Below are positions 21,611 through 32,650 of a stretch of 51,269 nt of DNA, piece by piece. The notes beneath the pieces were generated by a model. The model saw only the letters and a program-made list of their open reading frames with translations. It was not told the origin of the DNA and did no database searches. Within the stretch, counting starts at the first letter, position 1. Every line of letters begins with the position of its first letter. The stretch comes from Rhizaria sp. SCN 62-66 (Eukaryota). The DNA is taken from contig MEDY01000385.1 of assembly GCA_001724265.1 (NCBI GenBank), positions 1 through 51,269 on the forward strand, given 5' to 3'. The position numbers and the translations under genes are program-made.

Positions 21611-24284
21611 ACTTAACTGTGCAAAACTGAGAATACCATTGCAGAGTACAGTATGGTCAAGCCGTGCATCAACAGGGACGTGCTTGAATCATGCTTTTTG
21701 ATCCAAGGAGCGAGCTGTTGTGCACGTGTTTATTTTCATACTGTTTGTTTGCTGTTGTTGTCACTGTTGAAGTCGTGGTGCTTGGTTTTAAGTGCGAGTG
21801 ATTTCAAATCGCACTTATATGATTACATGCAATGCATTTTCTTGATTAACTAACTAAAACCACAGCATGCTGATATAATATCAACAACAGTCGTGACCAA
21901 AAAATAATGCCAACACTATCCTGTCGATCGTCTAGATCCTTGTGTTTCTCTGTTGCTCTCTTTTAACGCAGCTCATTAGTCGTTTGCATTAAGTCCTCTC
22001 GTTGTACACATGTCCTTGAAAACTTGGCTGTTCTTAATTCCCCACCCCAGTCACTTGAATTTGTTGCTTTGATTCCCCCCTTGTCATAATGTTATCACTA
22101 CAACATTTTAGAAAATTACTTTTTCCTTTATACTTTGGATTCGCTTTGGTTTTTTCTTCACATACGTCCACGCACCGTGCACCAAACGCACGCGCAAATA
22201 ACAAGTGATGCTGTTTTTTCTGCGTATGCTGTGTGGTCCTGTGTCGACTCTGTGAAAATGTTCCAAACTTTCTATGTCACATTTTCTTCAAACAGCTCTT
22301 CAGCCCACTGACGCTCGCATTCATACTGGTGAGCGCAGTGTTGCTTGAATGTTGGCAGTAACTCTATGACTTGTCGTTACTTGTTAGGATGCTGTTTGTG
22401 ATGACGTTGATCTGATGTTCTTCTTGCGTCGGATTTACTCCTCATGGTTCGTTTTTTCTAGTATTCGCTTCTTTTTTATCAGACCTTGTTAGTGTTGCTT
22501 TTTTCTGGTTCTATCCGTTTGTTTCCCCGTGTACGTGAGTGTGCTGCGTGTTTTTCCTTTTGCAGAGCGATCTCTATCCCGTCATCTTTATTCTCTTCTT
22601 GTGGTCTTTCCTTGGTTGTCTCTGTCTGATGCACTTTTGTTCATGTAAGTAATCCAAAACCTACAACTTACAGCGTACAATTATCTTTGCACTTGCTCCA
22701 TATAATTCCTGCTCACGATGCAACAAGGTTGACATTTTCATTATCATTTGTCGAGCGTCTGACAGGATCTCAGGCGCGACTTGTTTTGCTCGAAACAAGC
22801 TTGTTTATCTCGTTGTTTATCTCTTTCGTTTCCCCTTTTTTTTCGTCTTTAAGCTCTTTCTCTCTTTATGTCGCTTCTTCTTCTTCACCAACACATCTTT
22901 CTTTCATCGCTCATTATTCCCTGTGTTCTTCTTTGCATCCTTTTTCTCCTTTATCTCGTTAGTTTTCCTCTCTCTTCCTCCTCGTCTCGTCTGTCTCTCT
23001 CTTTGTCTTTCTCACTCACTGAAACAACATGATTTTTTCATCCGGTAGCACGCGTTCTTGCGCTGTTGCTCCACATGTTGTTGGTATTTTATCATCACAG
23101 CGACCCTTGAACTGTACTGTATCTCGTGACGTACACGTCCATGCTTCCTCGCCTGCACGCCCCCTAACTCCCTCAGTTTGTGTGAAGATATTGTTTTGTT
23201 TACAACGCGGCACACTCTCACTTTTATATATCTTATTACCCCTTAGTTTTTAATCCTGTTTATTCTCGTTTTGTTTCTGTTTTCTGTGTGTCTTTCTATC
23301 CCTATTTGCGTTCTGTAACAGTTACAACAGTCACTGATGTAGTCGTAACTTTAGTCATAGTAATAGCTTTCGTAATTCGTGATGTTTTTGTTTGTTTTGT
23401 CATCCTGCCTGGTGTATTTGTGTGCATATGTGTGTGCGTGTCTGTTTTTGCTGACTGACTGTGAACGATGTGTCACATCACGCAGTCTCAATCTCGGCCA
23501 CCCCGCTAAGCTCCCGTGCTACTCCTGCCTCTCCTGCTGTTACGACTACGACTGCGTGTTGCTGATGTCTTTTGCAGCTTTGTAGTTGATTCCTATGACG
23601 AGTATGACGACTACACTCCCCCTTTTTTTGTTTTTCCTGCATTGTTGGGGGTTGTATAGTTTGCCTATGTGACTTTGTTTACTGTATTGATGCTCTCTGA
23701 AGCCATGCTTGTTCTGGGATGCGTCTGCACTAACTCCCGTGGATACTTTGACTGCTACTGCATTGTCACAGTCGCATGCTTTTGTTTGCCGGTTTCCTTG
23801 CATCAACGCTTGTTTCCGTCAAGAATATAAACAGCGACCAGTAACCAACCAAGAAAAAATTAAGAGCTGTAGTAGAGTCCAAATGAATGGATAGAAAACA
23901 ATATGACTCAAGCATGTACATCGCTTAAAACGCTTGACAAATCGCCGAATAAATATATCTTTGATGATCAAATTACATGTCTTCTTACAACTTTTGACTA
24001 TTTTTCAGTCAGTTTCAGCGGCGCAACGGTCAAAAAGAGAGAGCCGCTGAGAATCGCAAAGTTGCACGCAAAAGCACGATAGACCTGCATCACAGTTTCC
24101 GTGTATAGCCATATCAGCGTTTGCACTAAATTTTCTCGTGGGTTTCCCATCTAGTTTCAATTTAATTTCTCCGAATCTTACATCTGCTCTCTCTACACTC
24201 CTTTCTGTTTGCTCACCAGTTCAGGCGCCTCCGCTCACACAACGCATAACACAAACGCGAGTCTAACGCGAGATCTTTTAAAAT

Positions 24285-27200
24285 ATGTCTTCTGAGGTGC
24301 GTAATTAGAAACAATGTGGATTTAACCGATCAATTCATCTGTAAAATTTGAATACCACTTGCTAACCCCTGCGCTCCATCTATATTACTTGTGCTCAACG
24401 TCCGACACGACAGAGCTTGAAGCGTCCCGCTTCCAGCGCCCAGGATGCATCCTCCTCAGTCGCTTCCGCCGCTAAGCGCGCCGCGCCCGCGTCTGCCCGC
24501 CACAGTTCTACCGCGACAACCCGCGCTGCACGCCCCGCGTCTCTTCTCCCGCCGCTGTCGACCTTCCTGGCGCCGTACTACCTGTCGCTGCTGCCGTCGT
24601 CGCCGCTCTACTACCGCTCCTATGGCTTGCACCGCGCGGACGTCTCGCACGTCACCGTGTCGCCCTACTTTGCCGCCACGCCGCAGCGCCTTGCCTGGGA
24701 CCACGTGAAGCCCCGGGTCGTGGCCGCGCTGCTCGCCGCGGCCGCCCGCGCCTCGAACGCAATCAGCGCCACCTCTAACGTGAAAGGCATCTCTGCGCGC
24801 TACGCCGCCGCGCTCGCCGCCGTCAATGCGCTGACTCCCCCCGCATTTGCCGCCGTGGCCGGCGCCGGCGCTGACAGCTCCGCCGCGACCGCCGCGTCAG
24901 TGGGCCACCCTCTGGTGCTCTCGGCATCCAAGGACGGCGTGGTGAAGCTGTGGTATCTTCGTTACCGCTCCACCGGCGGCGCCGACAGCGCTGAGGACGG
25001 CCAGGGCGGCGACAGCGACGATGAGGACGTTGTCGCTGTTGATTCCAGCACTGTTGGCTCTAACGCGTTGTCAATCAGCCCCAGTTCTACTACTAACACT
25101 GCGAGCTCTGCCAACGCTGCCGCTAAGCCTGCCGCTGACGCTGATGCTGGCGCTGAGGGCGACAGCGAGCTTTCCCGCCCGGTTCCGCTGACCCTGCCGC
25201 GCGTGCGCGCCCGCTTTGCGTCCACGGCGCCGTCCCTGCAGCAGACGCGTTCCTTCACTGCGCACTCGGGGCCCGTGCTTGCACTTGCCGTCTCCGCCGC
25301 CGCCGCCGCGCCCGCAGCGTTCTCGCTGGGCACCGACGGCGAGCTGTGCTGGTACGACCTCGCGCTTGGGGACATTGCCGGCGCCGTCACGGTTGCTTCT
25401 GCGCCCGCCGCGAGCGCCGGCGCCGGCGCCGGTGCGGCGCTGGTGGCCCCGGTGACCGCTGCGTGTTTCGTCGGCGAGGCCGGTATGAACACTGACGCGG
25501 AGGCGGTCAGCTACGCGCTCTCCCTGCTTTCACCCGCGGCGGCCGCGGCGGCTGTGGCTGCGGGCGCCAGTGCGGGCGCGAGCACGGCGCTTGTGGCCGT
25601 GGCCAGGGATATCTTGCTGGGTGAGACCGTGATTGTACCTATCGCGGCTGTCGCGAGCAATGTCAGTACAAACGCCAACAGCGTCAACGGTGACTTCGAG
25701 AGCGACGCAACTGCTACCAGTGCACGTAGCGGCGCCAGCAGTGGCTTTGTCACACTGCCTCCTGGCCAGGGCTATGTGTTTGTGTACTCCCGTTCATCCG
25801 CGACGCCCATCGCCATCGCGCGTCCCCACCAGTACGTTTCTCTCTTATTTGCGAAACTGTCTACTTGACGTTATTCATAACACGAGAATCATATTGTAAT
25901 GATAGATTTTGTGTAACTATATGTTTATGATATCCTGTACTTTTAGTTTAATTTTCAAATTCTCACATATGTCCCGCTTTATATTATGGTTTGTCATTTT
26001 CTTACGCTTTCCCAGGCACTCGATTGTGGCGATGGCGCAGCACCCCACGCTGCCGTACGCCGTCTCCGTCGACTGCCGCGGCTGCATCGAGTACTGGTCT
26101 ACGCGCGGCGGGCTCCTGCAGACCGTACTAGACCGCCACGCTCTCGCCAACCCTTTGAACAGCAGCAGCAGCGCGAGCGGGCTTGTCGGCAGTGAGAACT
26201 CTGCCTCTGGTAACGCCGGCGTGCTGCCGTGGTCGGGCTCCGCGCTGACGGCCTCGTTCTTCCGCCGTCCGCCCGCGCCTCTGGTCTCGTTCGAGCTCAA
26301 GTCTGCCACAGACCTGTACTGCCTGCAGTCGACCCGCGCTGCCCCCGCGCTCTCTCTGGCCTTCGCGCCCACTGGGCAGCTCCTCGCGCTGGCCACCAAG
26401 GACGGCGCCGTGCGCGTGTTTGACGCGCGCAAGGGCAAGCTGGTGCGGCAGTGGAGCGAGGGCGCCGAGGCTGAGGTCAAGGCGCTGCAGGCGCTCATCG
26501 CGAGCGCCAACCAGACTCCCGGCGCGAAAACGATCGTGGGCAGCGGGAGCCAGGTGACCGTGGGCAGCGCTGACGGCGGCCAGATGACCGTCGCGGCCTC
26601 GGGCCTACTCACGGTCAGCACGCCCGTTGACAACTCGCTTTTGCTCACCACCAGCGCGAGCGCGGGCGCGCATGGCGGCCGGCCGCCGGCGCCCGACTCG
26701 ATCGTTATCGCACAGAAGCTGTCGCTGGAGAAGGAGCTCGACCGCGCTCTCGCCGTCGCCACTGCCCGCCCATCCGCCTCCACCGCGAGCGCGACTGCGC
26801 ATGTGGCGGCGGCGGCGGCGACTCAGAGCGTCGCTGTGGCCCTCGCCGCGCCCGCGACGAGCTCGCTCCTGTCGTTCGACGGCAGTGGCTACTATCTCAC
26901 GTACGCGACCCTTGCGGGTATCAAGACGCGCTCCATTGTCACGGGCGCCGTCGTCCGTCTGCTGGGCACCGCTGAGGCCGGCGACCGCTTCCTTTCGCTC
27001 GCCTTCTACCACGGCGGCCGCGTCGGCGGCGCGGGGGCCGCGCGGTCCATCGCCGGCGCCGCCGCCGCCTCCGCGGCCGCCGCCGCAGCAGCAACCGCGG
27101 GCGGGGCCGCGGGCACCGTGCGCGGCGGCGGCGGCGCGAGCGTCGAGGCGGTGATGACCACCACGGCCGCTGTGGGCGTGGACATCGTCGTGCCCAGCAT

Positions 27201-28341
27201 TAAGCGCGAGGTCAAAGGCGAGTCTGCGGGCAACGACTTTTCGGCCCCGCTGCAGCCGTCGTCCACTTCCTCACTCACCAGCTCTGGCTCGAGCTCGAGC
27301 TCTGGCTCGAGCGTGAGTGTGCCTGTCGTGAGCGGCACGGTTGACTTCTCCGAGGAGCCCGTATTACTGGCTGTGGCGTTCCGCAAGCCCAAGGTGTACC
27401 TGTTCGCGTGCAGCGCTCCGGGCGCGGTCGGCTCGCGCGACAGCCACGACGCGCCTCTCCTCTCCTCGGCCGCCGCCACCGCGGGCGCGGGCGCCGCCGG
27501 CCCGGCGGGCGCGGCCGCGGCGGGCGGCGGCAAGGCAAAGAACACAGGCGCTGACGCGCAGGCGGCCGAGGCGGCGGCGGCGCTGACCGCTGCGGGCGAG
27601 GTGACCCGTGTCACGCTCCACACGACGGCGGGCGATATCATGATGGAGCTGCTTCACGATGTGGCGCCCAAGGCGGCGCTCAACTTCGCCACGCACTGCC
27701 GCAAGGGGTACTATGACAAGACGATTTTCCACCGTCTTAGTGACGAGTATGGTATCATGGGTGGTGACCCCAACGGAGACGGTTCTGGTACGGAAGATAA
27801 TAACACGCATTTATTTTTTTGACTTGATATATTTTTTACGTCATACTTTATGTTCGCTGAATTCCATGCTAATCATCACTCCTATGTTCTCTCTTCATTC
27901 ATCGCCTACAGGTGGTTCGAGTATCTGGGGCCGGCCCTTTGCCAACGAGACGCACCCTTCAGTCAAGCACAATGCTCCTGGTACTGTGTCGATGACCAAC
28001 CGTGGCACGGGCGCTAACGAGTCACAGGTACGCAATTACCCTCTAATACGACACACACACTCTTACTAGCAGCACATGTTCATTGTAACACTTACACATC
28101 CTCCATCACTCACTCCCACGATGAATCACACTTTATTTGTATCTTGTTGTCGTTTTTTGCATAGTTTTTTATCACCACGGCGGCCGTGCCGCGCTTCGAC
28201 GGCCACCACACGGTGTTCGCGCGCGTCACGAGCGGCCTCGAGACCGTCAACGCCGTCGCCGCGGGGGCCAAGTCCAAGGAGGGCCGGCCGCTGGCGCCCG
28301 TGCAGATTGTCTCCACCACGGTCAGCGTGCGCAAAGCGTGA
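24285..28341 (+). CDS. PPWD1: WD40-repeat + C-terminal cyclophilin protein (PPWD1/CYP71 type), ~1,164 aa
   Basis: Exons 24285-24296, 24414-25831, 26016-27787, 27912-28027 and 28165-28341 (GT-AG, phases consistent), ending in TGA. Motifs: YYRSYGLHRADVSHV, SASKDGVVKLW, AVSVDCRGCIEYW, FELKSATDLY, FDGSGYYLTYATLAGIK; cyclophilin LHTTAGDI...APKAALNFATHCRKGYYDKTIFHR...GGDPNGDGSGGSSIWG...SQFFITT...HTVFARV. Confidence 0.92.
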
Positions 28342-28653
28342 AGGCATCGCGATCCATCATGGGGAAACTATGCGACTGAGATATGACGGCCACGGCCAGT
28401 GTCAAAGATAGTAACAGTCGAGGGAGTGCGACGTGATTATTTGACTTAAACATTGCAATATCGATAATAACTAACGCAATAAAGATAAGATATTGATTAC
28501 AAGTGTGATAGGAGTACAGCCGAGTGGGTGATTTGTAGAGAGAAAGTTGTTTTATTCCTTAGATCATAAAGTCATCGTTGTTAGTGTAAAAAGCACGGCA
28601 GGGGTTTGGTACACAGGTACCTGGTACCTCACCAATATCGACCTTTAACTCAC

Positions 28654-29357
28654 TTACGCGGACTCCTCGACGGCGGCGGGGGCGTAGACGGACATGCCAC
28701 CGGCGGGGGAGACGACCTTGAGGGAGCCGTTCTTGGTGAGCTCGCGAACCAGGCGGCGCGCCAGGGAGCCACTTGTTCTTCTTCTCGCGGAGCTTGGTCT
28801 TCTGTAAATGCGCAACAGGAACAACGTAGACGAGAGCAATAAGGGAGGAGTGGGAAAGGCAGAGAAGGCAAGGGGAAAGGGAGTTAGCATAGAGCACTGG
28901 TAAGACGCAAGGCTGCGTTGAAAGAAGAAAGTAAAGGTGGAAACGAGTGTGGAAAGATAGCTACGAACCTTCTTGTTCTTGTTCTTAGACTTAGAAGAGG
29001 ACTGGGCGGCGAGCAGCTTGGCGGCCTTGGACTTCTGAACCTTGGGGGGCTGTGGGTGCGCAACGACAAGACGAGGGAAATGAAGCAAAAGGATGCATGT
29101 GAGACACAGGGACATTATGACAGGGTTCTTGAGACCGGAAATTAGTGTGTGGTTATGGTCAGAAGACGACAGAGCTCTGGAAAGCAGCTGAACAGAGCGC
29201 CCGCGCAGGTGGGGAAAGTGGTCTCTCTCACAGTGAGCCGAAGAAGCCTGTTTGCGGGGCACTCTGTGGAAGCGCCAAAGCCACTAAAGATTCCGTGCAA
29301 AATGCGCGGAGAAGCAAAACAGGGTCGGCAGCAAATATGCAATGGGCAACGTACCAT
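28654..29357 (-). pseudogene. RPS25: 40S ribosomal protein S25 (eS25) with an internal deletion and frameshift (pseudogene or assembly defect)
   Basis: Exons are ATG only (29357-29355), 29049-28969 (PPKVQKSKAAKLLAAQSSSKSKNKNKK) and 28801-28654. Exon 3 reads KTKLREKKN, then 4 nt (AAGT), then GSLARRLVRELTKNGSLKVVS...VY...TAA in another frame. The conserved central eS25 segment (~33 aa, VLFD...ITP..VSERLK) is absent. Confidence 0.8.
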
Positions 29358-29696
29358 CCGGGATTAAGGGAACTCTACAAAGTGAGACAAAGAAGACTCG
29401 GCACCACGGGTCGTCTCGTCAAGCCCGTCCCAGTCCGGCGCTCGGACCGTGGGCCGGCGGCTTAACTTCCGTGCCAACCACAAACCGATTTTTGGTTTCG
29501 AGAATGCACTCCAATGACTTGAAGCCAGTTCAAATTTGACTCTGTCCTGACATTCGTAGTAGTTATATTCTCATTATATTGCGCTGTTGCAAATTGACGT
29601 GGCTAATTCTGTTCTGCTTTGAAATCATGTTTCTTAGAAAGTAGGTCTTGCCCTCCAACAGATATCTCCCCGTGCTGCTCTTTCTCTCTTACGGGA

Positions 29697-31766
29697 ATGT
29701 CCGGATCTTCGTCCGCCTTCTTCCGTCTCCCGGTACCCTCCTTAGTGGGCTACCGCGCGCGGCACATTATTACCGACGATGACATTCAAGACATTGCTTT
29801 CTTGCGCTGCTGCTCGTGCCACGCGCTGACCACGAGCTCCTGCAGCCGCGGCCGTCAGACGCACGGCCCGCTCAGTCTGCCCCAATGTCTTCCCCACCAT
29901 TCCCCGCGCGGCGCGGCACGACTTTTGGCCACCAGTCCAGCTGCAGCGGCAGCTTCTGCTGTAGAGGCACTTGAGTCCGCAGGAGCAACAGATCTGACGA
30001 CAGACTCTTGTGTCACTGCGACGCACACTCTGCGCGCTACGTGCCAGGTTTGCGAGCTCTCTCTTGATCGCTCCTCTGAAGCCTACAGCGCCTACCAAGA
30101 CCACTTGCACGACCTGCAGCGCTGCAACACCTGCAACCTCAATTCGAGTAGCAGCGCCCCCTTGCACCGCACAAGGTTGACTGGCGACAATAACATTTCA
30201 AGCTCAACGCCAATTTCAACACACGCCAGTGACAAGAATAGAGAATCTGACGAAGGCGACGACGATGTGCGCGGTGTGCGGAGCAGCGACGGCCTGTTTC
30301 TGCGCCACCGCCTCTCACATCTGCTCGCGCTGCGCGCCGCGCTGCCGTGGGGTGCCACTGATGCGCCTGCGGCCGCCGAGACGGCTGCGGCCGCGCACGG
30401 CTACCTCGCGGTCTGCCGCATCTGCAGCGCATACTCACCGCTCCTCGTCCTCACGGGCTCCTATAATAGTGAGCTCGATATCACAAGCACGGCAGTTACT
30501 GAAGGTGCGAAATCGAGTTCGCATCACGGCAGCAGCAACGACACAAACGCTGTCGCACCAGCGAATATTCCTGTTACTGAAACTAAGGCAATCAGCAATA
30601 ATCAAACTGCAATGGACTCGAAAGACGATGAGCTGAATGTAGCAGCGCCGATTGCTGAAGTGTGGGCCGAGTTTGACGCGCATGTTATCGACTGGGACAA
30701 CCCGCCCCCGCTTGGCTGCGGTGTGTTTGACTTGCCTGCTGCACATGACAGCGGCAAGAAGAAGGATAACAAGACATCCTCAGAGGTCGAGAAACCTAAC
30801 AACAAGCAGAGTCGTGATACTGCGTTTGGCGTAGTAAATGAGCGCGAGAATGCGCTTTTGTGGCTGCAAAGCGCAGAAGAGCGCGCCCGGCGGCTTCACT
30901 TTTACTCCGGAGGCCCCTGTGACAGCGGCCATATCAACGACATCACAGCAGCTCTTGGTGACACAAACAGCGGCACGAACATTAGCAGCAGCACTAGCAG
31001 TATAGCGGAATTTGCTACTGAGACTCTTTCGGTGCTTTTGCAGCGCGCGCTGGCCCGCATGGAGCACTTCAGCCCGCTCTGCTGCGGCTTCCTCGACGCC
31101 GCCCCCACTCTCGCGCTGGCGCTGCCGGTCAGCTTCGCCGCACCGGCGCTCAGGCGCGCGCTGCTGGAGCAGCAGGAGGTGCGGTCGGCGCGCGCCGTTA
31201 CAGTTGCCGCGGCCACGGGGCTGCCGCAGTATAGTCACCGTGATAGCGCCTGTGAGAGTGCGAATGCGAGCGTGGATTCAAGTGGCGGTGGCAGTGGCAC
31301 TTGCTTTGGCGTTGGTGCTGCGCCGATGTACGCTGCGGCGATCTCTGTCCCTCGTCGTGTTCCCACTGCGTATAATCACCTAAGCAATCGCACTGATACA
31401 CACAGTAGCAGTAGCAGTAGCAGTAGCAGTGAGAGTGAGTGTGCTGTGAACGAACGCGCTGTGCGATTTGGCGCTGTTGTTATAGACGATAAACTCGAGC
31501 TGCAGCGCTGCAGTGACGCCGGCAATGGCGTCAATGATAGTGGCAGTGCGACGGCAGCGATGTTAGGCAATAACAACTATGACAATGGCGGCGACTGGGA
31601 CTGCGACTTGGTTTACAGTCAGAATCGCACGAATGACAAGATTGTCGCTAACAAGAGTGCCAAGGCTACTGCACAGAACACGAGAGACGAGCGCAGGGAC
31701 CGTGGACGTGGTGGTGTGCGGGGTTACTGCGAGATGGAGACACTGTTACCTCCTTTAAGTCGTTGA
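29697..31766 (+). CDS. Hypothetical protein (~689 aa) with four spaced Cys pairs
   Basis: Long open frame with first ATG at 29697 and a TGA stop. GC-rich, coding-like blocks alternate with Ser/Asn-rich linkers. CxxC/H motifs: CSCH, CQVC, CNTC, CRIC. No family recognised. Confidence 0.6.
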   Translation: MSGSSSAFFRLPVPSLVGYRARHIITDDDIQDIAFLRCCSCHALTTSSCSRGRQTHGPLSLPQCLPHHSPRGAARLLATSPAAAAASAVEALESAGATDLTTDSCVTATHTLRATCQVCELSLDRSSEAYSAYQDHLHDLQRCNTCNLNSSSSAPLHRTRLTGDNNISSSTPISTHASDKNRESDEGDDDVRGVRSSDGLFLRHRLSHLLALRAALPWGATDAPAAAETAAAAHGYLAVCRICSAYSPLLVLTGSYNSELDITSTAVTEGAKSSSHHGSSNDTNAVAPANIPVTETKAISNNQTAMDSKDDELNVAAPIAEVWAEFDAHVIDWDNPPPLGCGVFDLPAAHDSGKKKDNKTSSEVEKPNNKQSRDTAFGVVNERENALLWLQSAEERARRLHFYSGGPCDSGHINDITAALGDTNSGTNISSSTSSIAEFATETLSVLLQRALARMEHFSPLCCGFLDAAPTLALALPVSFAAPALRRALLEQQEVRSARAVTVAAATGLPQYSHRDSACESANASVDSSGGGSGTCFGVGAAPMYAAAISVPRRVPTAYNHLSNRTDTHSSSSSSSSSESECAVNERAVRFGAVVIDDKLELQRCSDAGNGVNDSGSATAAMLGNNNYDNGGDWDCDLVYSQNRTNDKIVANKSAKATAQNTRDERRDRGRGGVRGYCEMETLLPPLSR

Positions 31767-32375
31767 GCATAGCTCCGCAGTCACGGACACACAACAACAA
31801 GCAAACTTGCGGTTAGATATCTCGTCGAACAATGACAACAATCACAAAGTGGGGAAACGTTCGTGTATATCGTCATCAGCATCGACATCATTGAAGTATC
31901 TTATGTTATATAGTTATGTATTTTTTAATAGTTAGTACAACTTACATAGATGAGATAACAACCACTATTCGGGTAAAAATACAGTAAAACTGTTCAAGTT
32001 AAAGTGTTTGTGGTTCACGCATTCCCAGAATGATATCTCTATGGGATACGCTTGAACAAATTAGTTAACGTAAAAAAATAAATATTGTGTTAGTTTCTAT
32101 TTTATGTCGCGGTATAATCTTCATATCTATCGAATAGCGCAAGATATGACGATAGAAAGAGACGAAACATGAACGCTAACTGCGGCGGGCAGACGGTGAG
32201 AGGGTCGAGACTTCGCGCCAAGACCCAAACGACATGCAAGAGATCTTCAACAAGATATTTTACCGTCATTTCGTCGTCTCGAATCAATATTTTGATCTCA
32301 CCGGATTTTTATTTAATTGTTTGATTAGGTCTCTCTTTTTATATTCCTTTAACACGTCTGTAAGCGCCACAAAGT

Positions 32376-32608
32376 ATGCGTTCGTCTGGCGCCTCGAAGC
32401 GGGTGGGATCTCCCACCCCTGCCGCCGCCAGGACTGACCGCGTCTCGCGCTCCTCCTCCCAGCGCGACTCTTCTCCTGCCGCTTCCTCCCGCGCCGGCGC
32501 CGCCGTACGGGGCGCCAAGGCCTCTCCCCGGCCCGCCGCTGCCGCCGCCCGCAGCCGCGCCGCAGCGACCAAGAGCAGCAACAAGTCATCAAAGCGCGCC
32601 GCTAACGA

Positions 32609-32650
<42 letters not shown>

